64,000 nucleotides of DNA from Eledone cirrhosa. Taxonomy: Eukaryota. Made by a program: the position numbers and the translations under genes. Below, one piece after another: positions 1 to 13,508 of this stretch (positions are counted from its first letter, which is position 1; the number at the start of each line of letters is the position of its first letter). A model generated the notes under the pieces. The model was not told where the DNA came from and did no database searches. It worked only from the letters and a program-made list of their open reading frames with translations. Where the stretch lies: assembly GCA_964016885.1 (NCBI GenBank), contig OZ024742.1, forward strand, positions 292,144,001 through 292,208,000. Direction: 5' to 3'.

Positions 1-138
1 GATTCTACACTTGGCAAAATATCCTCTCATGGGGCAAAACCTGGGTTTGTTAACAATGGAACAGAAATTGATTTCCTGTAGTTGTGGCTTGAAGTTATAA
101 ATTTGGCCAGCAAGGAAAGCTGATTTAAAATAAAAACG

Positions 139-520
139 TTGGTGGTGATGATAATGATGATGATGAAGATGATAATGATGATGGTAGTGGTGGTGATCAT
201 AATGAAGGTGATAATGATGGTGGTGGTGGTGGAGGAGGTGTTGGTGGTGATGGTGATGATGTTGCTGGTAATGCTGATGAAGATAGTTATGATAGTGTTG
301 ATGACAATGAGGATGATGATGATGATGATAACAATAATGATAGTGATGATGATAAGGATGATGGTGATGGTAATGATAATGATGATGATGCTGATGGTAA
401 TGGTGGTGATCATGGTGGCGATGATGATAATGATTATGATGATGGTGAGAGTGATCATGGTGGGGATGATGATGATGTTGATGATAATGATGATGATGAT
501 GATGGTGATTGCTGTAATGG
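139..520. repeat. Degenerate (ATG/GTG)n trinucleotide microsatellite
   Basis: Runs of gatgatgat/ggtggt; explains the Met/Ile/Thr-rich ORFs 27..458 and 139..549. Confidence 0.95.
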
Positions 521-829
521 AAGAAGGAAAGAGACATGATATTTCCTAATAATTGATTTACACTCTTTGGTATTTATGATTGTTATGGAAGCCAAAAAAT
601 AAAATCAATAACACAAAGTTCTTTTACAATTGCATACTTATACAGATTCTCACTACCCTTTTGGTACCATATTTATAATGAAAGACACTGCTTATGATTT
701 TCATTTAATTTTGAAAGTAATTAAAAATTTCGAGGGATTTAGTAATATAGCTTTCTCATTATCAACCTCGTGTTTGAAACATAACAATGGTTCTTATATA
801 AAATTATGATGGATAGTTCTCTTATTCTT

Positions 830-1160
830 CGCCCATCTTGCTTGAGGTCTACTCCTAGGTCTCCTGCCAGTTTGTTTTGCCCGTAAAATCTGTCCAGTGA
901 TTTTTTCATGAGACATTCTAACCACATGATGTAGTATCGAAGCTGTGATCTCTCAATTTGGAGAAATAGTGGCTCTATCTAAAGTGACACTCAGATCTCT
1001 GAGCTATGCACTTTATCAAGTAATTTTACTCCTAAGACCCATCAGAGGAACTCCATTTTGGCCACTTGTATTCTTTCGGTCATTACCCAAGATTCATGAT
1101 CATAGGTAAGGGTTGGCAGGAATAAGAAAGTGAAGATAAGCAAGTTTGGCTTTTACATCT
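830..1160 (-). mobile_element. Decayed LINE RT C-terminal fragment (second RTE-like family)
   Basis: Minus strand reads HVVRMSHEK...QILRAKQTGRRPRSRPQARW, plus an upstream LTYxHESWVMT-like segment. Homologous pieces at about 8060-8310 (+), 21800-21940 (-), 27060-27305 (-) and 52690-53000 (+). Confidence 0.7.
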
Positions 1161-1717
1161 ACTTCCCTTCTACTTGGGTTTTTCAGTTTCCATCTACCAA
1201 ATTTCACTCACAAAGCATTAGTCAATGAAGCTATAGTAGCAGACACTTGTCCAAGATGCCATATATTGTGACTGAATCTAAAATCATGTGGTTGCAAAGC
1301 ACCTTAACACACACATACATAATTACCTATGCAGACATAGATCTAAACATACATCTACACATACACACCTACAGGCACAGCATTACACACACAGACACAT
1401 GAACATCCACATTCACCTCCACCCACATACATACCTATACACACATCTATAATACATATACAGTTACACACAGAGGCACGCAACATCCCCATCAACACAC
1501 ACATATACACATATATACACAAAGATACATACAAAAACCTACACATACATATCTACACAAAAAAAAGCTACACACACATTCATACACACACATCTACTCA
1601 CACAAACATATACACACATAAACATTCCAACACACAGTTCTCCGCATTTATAAACACCTAGAAACATCTACATACTTACACACTACACAAACAGACCTAC
1701 ACACCTACACACACATA

Positions 1718-1796
1718 CAGGGTGTCCCCAAAAATGTATTCACACTTCAACAGCATTCTAATAAAAGTATGTATATATTTTGGGGGGGACACCCTG
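1718..1796. mobile_element. 79-bp Tc1/mariner-type MITE
   Basis: TIRs CAGGGTGTCCCCAAAAAT / ATTTTGGGGGGGACACCCTG, flanked by TA on both sides. Confidence 0.85.
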
Positions 1797-1994
1797 TATA
1801 TATACAATTGCAAATCTGCAAGCCTATCAAAATGTACAGTGATTGAACTAGAGATTTTTGTTAAATCATAATTTTCATTGATTATTATTTATTGATTTAG
1901 TTCCAATCAGATTAGATTGAACAAAAGAATATAATACCTAACTCCCACAGAGAAAACTATTAAGAAAAATAAGTCGAAGCTGTGATGTATGTAG

Positions 1995-2733
1995 TGGGAT
2001 AGCAGGCAAACCAACGTGTAGGGAGAAATACGTATGCAGTAGATGTACAGGGAAATTTGACAGTAGAAGTCACATTGATAGACACATTTTTGAAATGCAG
2101 GTGGGTGCTATAGAAGTGGTTGATAGCTTCCAGTACCTGGGTTATCAGATTAGCATGGGAGGGGGATGTCCCGAGGCCATAGTATCGAGAATAAGGACAG
2201 GTTGGAAGAAGTTTAGGGAGCTGCTTCCTCTGCTGACGAAGAAGGGTTTCTCCCTGCGTACGAAAGGCCGGTTATATGATGCCTGTGTGAGGAGTGCGAT
2301 GCTGCATGGTAGTGAGACATGGGCAGCAACTGCAGAGGATATGCGACGGCAGGAGAGAAATGAGGCAAGCATGCTCCGTTGGATGTGCAATGTCAATGTG
2401 AGTGAACGGCCGAGCATGGATGTGTTGAGAGAGAAACTGTGTCTGAGAGGGATAGAATGTAGTGTGCGGGAGAGGAGACTGCGATGGTATGGACATGTGA
2501 TGCGCATGGAGGATGACCGATGGGTGAAGAAGTGCCAAGAAATACCAGTTGAAGGAAGACAAAGTAGAGGAAGACCACGAAAAACATGGGTGGAGGTGGT
2601 GAGAGCAGACCTCAGATCACTGAAGCTCACGGTGGAGATGACGAAGACTGTGACAAGTGGAGAGATGCTGTGCTGAATAAGACCTGTCCCACCCTTGCAA
2701 GCAGGGAAGAGCGGACGTAAAATGATGATGATG
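1995..2733 (+). mobile_element. 5'-truncated RTE-clade LINE (RT C-terminus and 3' end)
   Basis: ORF 2095..2676 (VDSFQYLG...GWKKFREL...LHGSETW...RRLRWYGHV...GRPRKTW), then the 3' motif cccttgcaagcaggg...ggacgtaaa and an (ATG)n tail. Confidence 0.92.
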
Positions 2734-3065
2734 ATATATATATATAAACATGTGTGTGATAGTGAGTATATATGAAAGATGTGTGTGTGTGTGTGTATAA
2801 ATATACATGCACAAATATACAAACACACACACACATACACACACATATATATATATATATTTAAGAGTTGGTGCACGATGGCTGAGCTCCTTCTGTTTCG
2901 ACAGTGAAAGGATAAGTGAATTATTTGTTCATATATATGTATATATATGTATGTATGTATGTACATATATATATGTATATATATGTGCATGTATGTATAC
3001 GTTCAATAATTTTCTAATTTATTTTATCTATTTTGGTCTGTATTTTTATTTATTTGTTTGTTTCA

Positions 3066-3125
3066 GTGATGATCACAGAAGAAGAATGTAATATTCCTAC
3101 AGCAGACATTTGGCACAATGGATAA
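3066..3125 (+). CDS. Possible terminal coding exon of an upstream host gene (...MITEEECNIPTADIWHNG*)
   Basis: T-rich tract and tttcAG acceptor at 3061-3066, a short non-repetitive frame ending in TAA, and AATAAA at about 3206 and 3246. No recognisable homology. Confidence 0.25.
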   Translation: MMITEEECNIPTADIWHNG

Positions 3126-3697
3126 TGATGTCTACCTAAAATACATCTGTTTAATGTAACCTGTGTTGTTAATGAAACAATTTGAAAGCCACAACTTATA
3201 GACAAAATAAAACTGAATTATGTGCTGACTCAGGTGTTGTTCCAGAATAAAAACTAACACCATCAATATTTCTCTCAAGAGAAATTACCATTTCTGCAAT
3301 GTTTTATTTATAAAAGATTAAAAAAAGTGTTTTTTATCAAAGAATTTCTATTGGAGATAAAATGATTGATCTTACTAGTTTAGACTGATTTTTGGACTAT
3401 TATTATATTGGAAGTCTTGGAGGAAATGAAGAAATTTGAAATCTACTTTTTTTTTTGTTGTATACTTTTACTGGTTTCAGCCATTAGATTGTGGCAATGC
3501 TGGAGCACATTAATTTTAAGCTATCTTTTTAGTCAAAGTGCCAAGTTACAGAACATTAACAGTCACAAACCTCAACACAGACACAGATGGATACATAAAT
3601 GCACCCAAGCACACACACACAAACATATATATATATTCTTTTTGAAAATTAAGTTAACAGCTACCACACATGTTTTTGACTGTGAATCATAGGCTAA

Positions 3698-3795
3698 TAA
3701 GTTGGGCATATAAGCCCCTAGAGGCAGAAAAAAGTGGACTGCATCACCCTTGAGACTTAAACTTTCTGTCTCCAGGGTCTTATATGCCCAACTTA
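3698..3795. repeat. About 98-bp palindromic hairpin / MITE-like element
   Basis: taagttgggcatataagcccctagaggcagaaa pairs with tttctgtctccagggtcttatatgcccaactta. Confidence 0.75.
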
Positions 3796-3894
3796 AACCA
3801 TTTTCCATTTTGTAGCCGTTAACTCTGAGTTAACTTAATATTCAAAAATATTTTGTAACTTGCTCAACATTTCTGAAATTAGATTGTATGGGGC

Positions 3895-4109
3895 TAGGGA
3901 GCCGGAAGTGCAGGGGTCAGTGACATCACATCGGAAGTGCAGGCCATGTCTCTCTCTTGGTCCAAGTGGAGCAAAAGAGTGTGGACGTCCTTTGATGACT
4001 GGTGCAAATGAGCGTGTGAATTTTGCTATGTTCTCTGGCGAGATGGGAAATAGGTGGGCATCATGCAAGGATATTCAGTCCAGACATGAGTGAAGATGCA
4101 AAGGTAGGT
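3895..4109 (+). promoter_or_regulatory. Candidate promoter / first exon with 5' splice donor
   Basis: GC-richer, locally unique island with two ETS-type CGGAAGTG motifs, a CRE-like TGACATCA, and AAG|GTAGGT at 4101-4109. Confidence 0.3.
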
Positions 4110-4530
4110 CTCTTTGCTTCTTATGACAGATTGTTTATATATATATAAATATATACATTTATATATATATGTGTGTGGAGCATTATTGGGATTTCATCAA
4201 TCTATGCTGGTTTGGGCGTCTGCACTAGGTGTTGTAGGGCTGCAGGACTAGCTGGTCATTTAGTATTCTTATCAGATGACCAAACCATTTTACTCATTGT
4301 TGATCTATAAGCCAAATGATAGGTATGGCACTAATTATCTATCTACTGTCTTCATACATGTCTCTCTTCTCTACCCCATCAATGATATCCTAGAGAACAA
4401 CAAACACTAATACAACTTGGCACCAGTGTCATTACAAGCAAACCCAGAACACAAAGAGTCTAAGATATATCACAAGGCATCACATCCAACATTCTAGCAA
4501 TCCCACCAATCGACTGCCCTGAATTGGTAC

Positions 4531-4760
4531 TTTACCCCTTTAGCATTTACATTATTCTATATTTACTATTGTATTTTCACAGTAAAGGCTTCATCTTAAA
4601 TAATTACCTCACATAATCTTGAATCTGTGAGATTTTGATGTTATTTATTTTAAGAACAATAGCTTAACGTCAGTATGAATAGCCAGTTACAGCTGGTTTG
4701 AACAGAAAGAGGCGAGAGAATTCTGGCTGGATACAGCCGGTTTAAATGCTAAAAGATCAA
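4531..4760. mobile_element. piggyBac-like MITE (decayed); inverted homologue of 54979-55198
   Basis: Ends cccctttagcattta...taaatgctaaaag; the interior is the reverse complement of the 54979-55198 copy. Confidence 0.6.
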
Positions 4761-5654
4761 GCTAGAAAGGACGATAGGTAAAGTTGGCCATGGTGGCATT
4801 TAAACTTAGAATGCAAGGAGATATTACAATGCTGTGAGGCATTTTTATATTAAATGTAGTTTAGTTTAGGTGCCTCTGTTCATTTTTTCGATCACCAGAG
4901 GTACTTTATCCAATTTTCTCAACTACAGTCTTGTAGTCTTATCTAGCCATAGCAGTTTTTGACTGCCCAGTTGTTGTTCTCATGAGGCTGGTTAAATGCT
5001 TTCAACTGTTTCTGTTGGATTCTAATTAAAGAGAAATGTCATGCTAGTTTATAAACTAATTCTTGACCAATCATAACATTCTAGGATCATTTATTTTGGC
5101 AAATTTTAAAACTTTTCTTTGTTGAAAGCACAACATAAAAAATTGAATTTGGAAGGGATAAAACGTGACATAGTGCTGTGTTCTATCATTTAGTGCTAGA
5201 TTAGATTATTGGTTTGTTGATATCTGATCTTGTTATCGTTTCCTGTGAGAAGATTGGTAAATAGACAGTAAAGCTGAGTTTCTATAGAGAATATAAATAA
5301 CATCACTAAAAACACATAATGTCATCAACTAGCTTTGATAAATATAGTGCTATGGAAGATTTCACCCTCTTGATACCAAACCACCAGAAACTGGTTCTAC
5401 ATTATAAATCTGCTTTAAAATGTTTATATTTATCTAACAACCTTCCATCATAATTTCATGCAAGAACCTTTGTTAAATTATATTCCAAACACCAGTTTAA
5501 TAATGAGGAAGTTAGTTATATTATTAAATCACTCCAAATGTTCAAAATTGTATGAAAATCATAGGCAGTGTCGTTCATTAGAAATATTGTAATGAAAAGG
5601 TTAAATAAACTTCACCTATATACTGAAAACGAAGTCTCAGTAAAGTCTAGGCTA

Positions 5655-6249
5655 AAAATCTAGATGACTTAATTAGCAGAGGAGGAGGATGCTCCGAGAG
5701 CATAATAGCTAGAATAAAGATATGATGGAAGAAGTTTAGAGCTACTCTCACTGTTAACAACAAAACGTTTTTCCCTATGTACAAAAGGAGGACTGTATGC
5801 AAAGTGCAATGCTGCATGGTAGGGAAACATGGGCAGTGACTGCAGGGAACATGTGTAGGCTGGAAAGAAATGAAGCAACCAAGCTTTGTTGGATGTGCAA
5901 TGTAAATGTGAGAGAAAGGCATAGCTTGGATGAACTGAGAGAGAAACTTGGTTTAAGGGGAATCAGAAATGGTGTGCACAAGAGAAGACTGCATTGGTAT
6001 GGACATGAGATGTGTATTTATGATGATTGCTAGGTGAAGAAGTGCCAGGAAATCCCAGTGGAAGGAAGCTGCAGTAGAGGTAGACCAAAAGAAGACCTGG
6101 GCAGAGGTGCTGAGAGCTGATCTGAAATCTCTGACACTCAGAGGAGATGATGAAGGGATGCAGGGAGTGGAGAGATGCCATGCTGAAAATGACCCATCCA
6201 ACCCATGCAAGCATGGAAAAGTGGACGTGAAAATGATGATGATGATGAT
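5655..6249 (+). mobile_element. 5'-truncated, decayed RTE LINE
   Basis: SAMLHGRETW...RRLHWYGHE; 3' motif ccatgcaagcatgg...ggacgtgaaa and an (ATG)n tail followed by (TA)n. Confidence 0.9.
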
Positions 6250-6429
6250 ATGTATACATATATATATATATATATGTATACATATTCTAACAATATTTCT
6301 AACGATTAACTGATTAATTTAATTAGACAATTCTATTGATTGGTTAATTGTTTATGTTTGTTTGATAACTTCTGGTTGAGTGCTTAATTCGGTTTGTCTA
6401 AGGGAATTTCATTCCTTTGTCCCAAATTT

Positions 6430-6932
6430 CGAATTCACCGCCAAAACGGGGGTTACCTCCCTTTGAGAAAATCATGTGTCTATAGCGAAATTTACTGCTA
6501 GAAAACACACCCCCTGAGGCTATAGAACACAAGACTTGTCGACGAAGTAAATCCTTTGTTCTGTCGTCAAAGGCCACTAACTTGCAGACCCCTACAAGCG
6601 GAATTAGTCGATCTCGGATTTACAGAAACCTAGCGTGGATGTTGTATGTTATATGTGATGTATATCGTATGCTATACGATATGCATTATGTGTTGCATTC
6701 GATCTCCGCGCGATGGTCCAGTTCAGTCAAAATCTTTCCCTGAGTTCAGTCTTTTTCGTTGCTATGGCAATGCGGCTGGACTGCCGGCCGCTATATTTGA
6801 TTTGCAAAGCTGTCTAAACGTATTGTTATAACTCTGGGGTATTATTCTCCATCGAGTGCTAAAGCTACATTCCGAATCTACATTCGTTAGCTTAGCCGCA
6901 GCCTAAAGCTTTGTTAATGCTGTACTAAAATT

Positions 6933-6935
<3 letters not shown>
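6430..6935. repeat. Unclassified ~480-bp interspersed repeat; second copy at about 17497-17958
   Basis: Collinear shared blocks: ccaaaac(c)gggggttacctccctt, gacgaagtaaat, aacttgcag, tcggatttacag, gttataactct, cattcgttagctt, atgctgtacta. Both copies abut TA tracts. Confidence 0.8.
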
Positions 6936-6998
<63 letters not shown>

Positions 6999-7446
6999 TA
7001 TATAGTTAGGGAAGCAGGAAAATGCTTATTGTGATCCAATTTGTGGTTAAGAAAGCCAGTTTCGTGGACGGTTTCAACGTACGGTTGTGCCTGTACAAGT
7101 GTGTTACGTTTTGTTTGCCTATTAGCAGGTGGTGGTGTATTAGATATTCTGTTGTGTTCAATGGTGATTGTATTGTTATTGTTATAAATTTGTGTTCTGG
7201 TGTTATAATGTATCTTTTTAGCGTTAAGCATCTTAATGTGTGCCTCTATGTTTGGTGCTGTGGAGTAAGATAGTCTAATAGATTTAGTGTTAAGGATTTT
7301 ACTGTATCTATGTGAATCTGGAAAGTGCTTATTTATTATTCTAAAGAAGGTAGAAGGTAGGTTAGTACTAATAGAGTTGTTAAATATGGGGTTATACCAA
7401 ATATATTTTCTATTGCGTGACTTGTTTGATTTCGATGTTGTATTTC

Positions 7447-7550
<104 letters not shown>

Positions 7551-8499
7551 ATATATATATATATATATATACATAATATATATATATAATATATATATAT
7601 ACATAATATATATACATTGGTAATGATCAATTGCCATGTAAGATTGAGATGAACCAACACGTTCCATAAGTGGAAAATTTGCTTTGGGTAACAGGAAACG
7701 AAGTTGAAAAGAAATTGATTTATTTTTACTGAAACAATGATCAATGCTGTATATTAATAAATAGCTTCTCTCAGGTGTATAAAAGGTGATTATATATTTG
7801 AACTTCTCTGAACAGGTAATGCAGGAATCAAATTTATTCTATGATAATTGAAAATAAAAAATAAAGAGAAAATGTAACTGGAAAAGACGTGTCAAACTCG
7901 TGCAAACATGGAAAAAGCAGATGTAAATGATGATGATTAGCCATTTATTTCTTGGTGTTAAAATTTCTGTTGCATCTTTTACAGCCTGGTCACAGATACA
8001 GTTTCAATGCAGCTTTGGAGCTGTGACACTGAGAAATATATAATATATATAAAGTTAATGGGCATGTGGTTAGAATGTCTCAGGAAAGAATTGCTAGACA
8101 GATTTTATGGGCAAAACCAACTGATAGGAGGAGATCCAGGTGTAGACCCCAAGCAAGATGGTTGGATAACATCCATGAGCTTGGCTGGTCTCACTTGGGG
8201 ACCCAGCCAGATCAATTGGAGATGGTTGCTTTTGAGAGGACCTGTTGGAAGGAGTGTTTGAGGACTCTGCTCCCATGACCCTCTCAGGAATAAGTGTGTG
8301 AAGAAGAAGAAGCAAACCGCAAAAGCAGAATCGATTCTACTGCTGGATACCCTTCCTAACGCCAACCACTTTACAGGGTGTACCAGGTACATTTTATCAT
8401 GGCACCAGCACTACCACTTTACAGAGTAAACTGGGGTTATGTTTTCATGATTCCAGCATACCCCTTTACAGAGTGTACTGGGTGCCCTACGACAACCCT

Positions 8500-9060
8500 G
8501 AAAATAAATAAAGAGTTCTGATAACTAAAACTTCTTGGTGGTTATTATAATAAAATGCTATTAACTTTGTAAAAGAAATGAAATGGAATCAATAATCCAA
8601 AATGGAATGAAAAGAATTATAGTAAAAACAATGGTACTCTGGTTTTGAAATGAAAGACAGTCCAGAAAAGTTTAAAATGAATATATACCTAAAATCTGAA
8701 AAAAGAAATCGAATCAGATTTTAATAATTCCAAAACTAAATAGTTCTATAAAATTAAACAGTTGACCAAAGAATTTGCTCTGGAACTACAACAACCAAAC
8801 AGAATAATCAGATTTTAACAAAATAGAGTGAAATAAAGAAACAATGGAAGAATTTTAGTGAAATTTTGTAGAAAAATTGTAATCTAATATAACATTATTG
8901 AATATTGCAGAGAAACCAGAAATAATTAAATGTGAGGTTACAGAAGCGATAAATGCAATGAAATAACAGAAAACTGGAAATGTTCCTGGTGAAGAACATC
9001 CAATTGAATTGTTCAAAGTGTGAGAATATTTAAAAAATTATCTCAAATGATCTGGACATG
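8500..9060 (+). mobile_element. Ancient LINE ORF2 remnant (EN-RT linker)
   Basis: Near 8930-9020 reads EVTEAINAMK*QKTGNVPGEEHPIELFK, resembling the K-x-GKAPG-x-D-x-I-x-x-E motif; many stops. Confidence 0.5.
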
Positions 9061-9784
9061 AAAATAATTGTGCAATAAAATAAACACACATACAATTGAA
9101 ATTGTCCATTCTTTCAACTTTCTTTGAGTCATGATTTCTACAGAGACAGACAGTTTTATTGTTTTTTTTTTGTTTTTTCTTTTGTATTAAAGAAATTATG
9201 GATCCACTGTTGGTTTCAGTAATTAGTGTTCAATTGTTTGATCAACTGAAAATTTCATTCATTAAATTAGCATGCAATTAGTTGAGTATTCCATAGGCAT
9301 GTGTACACTTAACCTAATTCTCAGCGAGATTCAGCATGATACAGTATATGATAAGACGGGACCTTTTAGTTATAGTAAAATTCTTCTTGTATTATAATGT
9401 AAGTGGTAAAGTATTCCACAGACATGTGACCCTTTAGTGTATTTGCCAAGCTGAATCAGTGTGACACAATATGTAATAACCCTTTTATTGCAGGTACTTT
9501 ATTGCAGGTGAACTTTCCCACAGTTTCTCTCACAAAGCTTCAGTTGACCTGAGGCTATAGTAAAGACATATAAAACAGAGTAGGATCGAACTCAGGACTT
9601 TATTACTGTAAAGCAAATTTCTTAACTCCTCAGCCATGCCTATATCTTCAAAAGAAACAAACAGAAGAAAAATTGAAAAAGTAAACTCCACAGTGACTAT
9701 ATTATATATGGAAAAGCAACAATATTTCAATTGAAAGAAAGAAAAAAAATTGTTAATGTGTTTGTTACTTCAGATACGATGTAA

Positions 9785-9859
<75 letters not shown>

Positions 9860-11291
9860 AGGTGACAAACATAGAATAAAAATGTTTTAAATGTGATGTT
9901 GAATTAATAGACAATAGAGACATTTTAAATGTAGTGACATTTTCCTTGGAATTTAAAAATTACTTAGCAAAAACTTTGCTTTATAAAAGCAGTTAGAAAG
10001 AAGATGATTTATTGAGTTTAGGTTATCGGTTTCCTTGACTAAAAAATAAAATAATTTTTTCCCAAAATTGTTGGATTAAGACTAAATTTTTCCATTGCAC
10101 AGCTATGGGAACTAAACTGAAATATTTTGGTTATTTAAGGCAGTGACAATAACAGTTTGATAAAGAGTACAATATTTAGGTTGATAGATTAAAGTAAAAG
10201 TAAAGAAACGCAAAGAAGGACATAGACATACATATATGCATACATTATGATGAATTAGCATTAGGACATTGGAGCAAATGCTTCAGTATCTCTTTTGGCT
10301 CTTTGTGCTCTGAGTTCAAATCCTATCTAGGCCAACTTTGCCTTTTATCCTTTAGAGATTGATAAATAAAGTACCAGTCCAGGGATGGTGGATTAGCAGA
10401 ATTGTTAAAGAACTGGACAAGATGCTTTGCAGTTTATGATTTGACTGTCCATTTTGAGTTCAAATCCCACTTCTATCTGCCAAGATTGATGGAGAGTATC
10501 AGCAATGGAAAGACCAATGGAAATATTGTTCTTTGGCCTAATCTACCAATCAGCTACATTCTTCTGCCAAGAGTTGTGACCAGCAGATAGTATAAGCAAT
10601 GGAAGCATTGTTTCCTTAGTCCGATCTGACAAATTACTCCTTTCTTCTGTCAGAAGTTGTGAACAAAAAAATATCAGTAATGGAAAGAGCAATAGAGACA
10701 GTCCTTTGGTCTGATCTATGACAGGCTCCTGTACATACAACTAATATTCACATTGTAAATACTTGTATATTTAGGCATATATACACACACACAAATACAG
10801 AAATATACATAAATACACATATAATATCACATATATGTATATATACATCCCACACACACAATCACACAGACATATACACACATGCACACACATACACACA
10901 CAGACATATACACACACACTGAGACACAGACACATATATATACATTCCTCACACACTAACATATACACACATGCACACACTATTATTATTCCCATTACAA
11001 AGATGGGTCCAATTTCCTTGTCATTTCCATTTTCCTATAAAACCAGAACATCTGTCCATCTTTAAAATTAGAACTACACTTACCCCCACCCCAACCAACT
11101 ATTGATATATTACAACCATTGTCCTGTATAACCGTGCTTCACCTCTACACACACATATAAATAGTTTATTATATGTATATATCTATTATTAGCACAGATT
11201 AAATGTTTAAGCAAACAATTTATGCTTTCACCCTTAATCTGTATTTATTATCATGTTTCTCCTCTTTCCCTCTCTCCCCCTCTCTCTCTCT

Positions 11292-11346
<55 letters not shown>

Positions 11347-11392
11347 TATATATATTTATATATATATATCTTATATATATCTCTATCTCTCT

Positions 11393-11432
<40 letters not shown>

Positions 11433-11462
11433 CAACTCCGCAGCACGTTTATTCTCATATTT

Positions 11463-11501
<39 letters not shown>

Positions 11502-11504
<3 letters not shown>

Positions 11505-12393
11505 GGTGCGGGTGATATTTGTTCGCAAGATTACTGTCTAGGAAAAAATAATACAGTAGTTTTATTTTTTAAGATTTATTTATCAAAGTTGGGTCAGTTT
11601 GTCTTCATGACTTGTTCTTTCGATCTCACTCGATAAACCCACCATTGGCTTTGATGACGACCTCAAGGCGGCCTCGGAACCGGCTACAGGCCTTCGCCAC
11701 TGTCCCTCGACTTAGGCCCCTAAAGGCACTTGTGATCCTGGCCTTCAGATCGTCTTTCGTATTGCAGCTAGATCTGTTTTTGTCACATTCCACTGCGCCC
11801 CACAGAAAGAAGTCGAGGGGGTTGCAGTCAGGTGAGCTGGGAGGCCAGATGTCAGGTGAAGTGTGGTCGACGAAGTTCTCTGACAGCCAGGCTTGGGTCT
11901 TTCGGCTGGTATAGCAGGGCGCTGAGTCTTGCTGCCACACGTACGGCCTACCTGCAGCTACCTGGTCGATCCAGGGCTTTACTACCTCGCTCAGAATGCG
12001 GATGCAGCCATCGGTGTTCAGCTTGAGGCCCTCAGGGAAGAAGTGAGGTGGCACGACATCACCTTGACTGCTGCCGACACCTAAGACCAATGTTCTCACT
12101 GGAAACTTTGTCTGCATGACTCTGGGCATGTCTTTGGATGAGACAGCGAGCCACCTGTTGTTGTGGGAGTTGATCTTCTGGTATAATTTGTCCTCCCGGC
12201 GCGGATTCCAAGAAGAACACCGAGTATCTTCCACAAATTTGGAGGTTCAAAATTATTCATAATCAATTATTCTGAAAATACATAATGGAAATATAGTCAC
12301 TCTTTTTATGAAGACAAGAGTGACAACAGAAGTAAAAAAAATTTGCATAAAATTAGCAGTTGAAAATTGCGAACAAATATCGTCCGCACCCTG
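11502..12393 (-). mobile_element. Internally deleted maT (DD37D) Tc1/mariner transposon
   Basis: 27-bp TIRs CAGGGTGCGG(GT/AC)GATATTTGTTCGCAA inside (TA)n. ORF 11626..12234 has QQDSAP-x-WPPSSPDCNPLDF with 37 residues between the last two Asp. The HTH and first catalytic Asp are missing. Confidence 0.93.
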
Positions 12394-12399
12394 TATATA

Positions 12400-12435
<36 letters not shown>

Positions 12436-12436
<1 letters not shown>

Positions 12437-12635
12437 CAAAGAAAGTGTGGTAAGGAACCAGGTGGACCATAAAACACCAAGTACTCATTACTTAGGGTAG
12501 TAGAGTGGGTAATAGGAAAAGAGTCAGGACCCCGACGGCTGAGCTCCGGCCATTTTGACAGCTGGATCCGAACGTTCGGATTTAGCTGTTGAAATGGCCG
12601 GAGCTCAGCCGTCGGGGTCCTGACTCTTTTCCTAT
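12436..12635 (+). repeat. Hairpin-terminated short element (62-bp arms); homologues at 60013-60200 (-) and about 2862-2910 (+)
   Basis: Palindrome 12512-12635 centred on AACGTT. The flank gtactc...gggta.tagagt.gg is shared with the 60 kb copy in reverse orientation. Confidence 0.85.
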
Positions 12636-13277
12636 ATACATATAGTACATTTATTGTGTGTATATCGTGTATCTGTGTTGTTATTTTTTCTTATATGCAT
12701 CTTTCTGGTGGCTTGTTCAAAGCCATCATGCAACCCGGCCTCAATATTATGCAATACCACCTTTACGCACAAAATTGCATTGCCCAGAGGGTAGTTAAAG
12801 AGAAAGTTGGACACTTCTACATATATGAAAATCATTGTATCTACTAGAGATATATGACATATGTTACCAATCAAGTATCACAGATCTTGACAGTATTTTA
12901 ACTCTTTCTACTTTTGAAATGTTTTCTAGAACTAATTTTGTTATTTCTGTTTATTTCCATGGAATTGGTTAAACATACAGAAAAAGAAAGCAGTATTGGA
13001 AAGGACTATAAATGCTATAAATGAGACGAAATGGAGGGGGAAGAGCAAGGACAAATAAACAAAGGAAGAAAGAAAGGGGGGAAGGGGAGAAAGTGACAGA
13101 CTGTACATTTAGGAATATTATAGAACTGTTGTTGTTGTTATTATTGCTGTTGATATTGTGGTTGTTGGTGGTGGTTGTGGTAATTGTGCTGTTGTTACTG
13201 TTGCTTCTGTTGTTACTAAAGTTGTTGATGGTGATCATGATGCTGTGGATGATGTTATTTCTGTTGTTATTATTATT

Positions 13278-13474
13278 AGCAGAAATGGTAGAGCGTCAGA
13301 CAACATGCTTTGCAGTTACGGCTCTTTACAGTCTGAGTTCAAATCCCGCCAAGGTTAGCTTTGCCTTTTATACTTACAGGGTCGATAAAATAAAGTACCA
13401 GTAATGCACTGGGGTCAATTTAATTGACATTCCCCTCCCTTCAAATTGCTGACCTTGTACCTAAAATAGAAACA

Positions 13475-13508
<34 letters not shown>

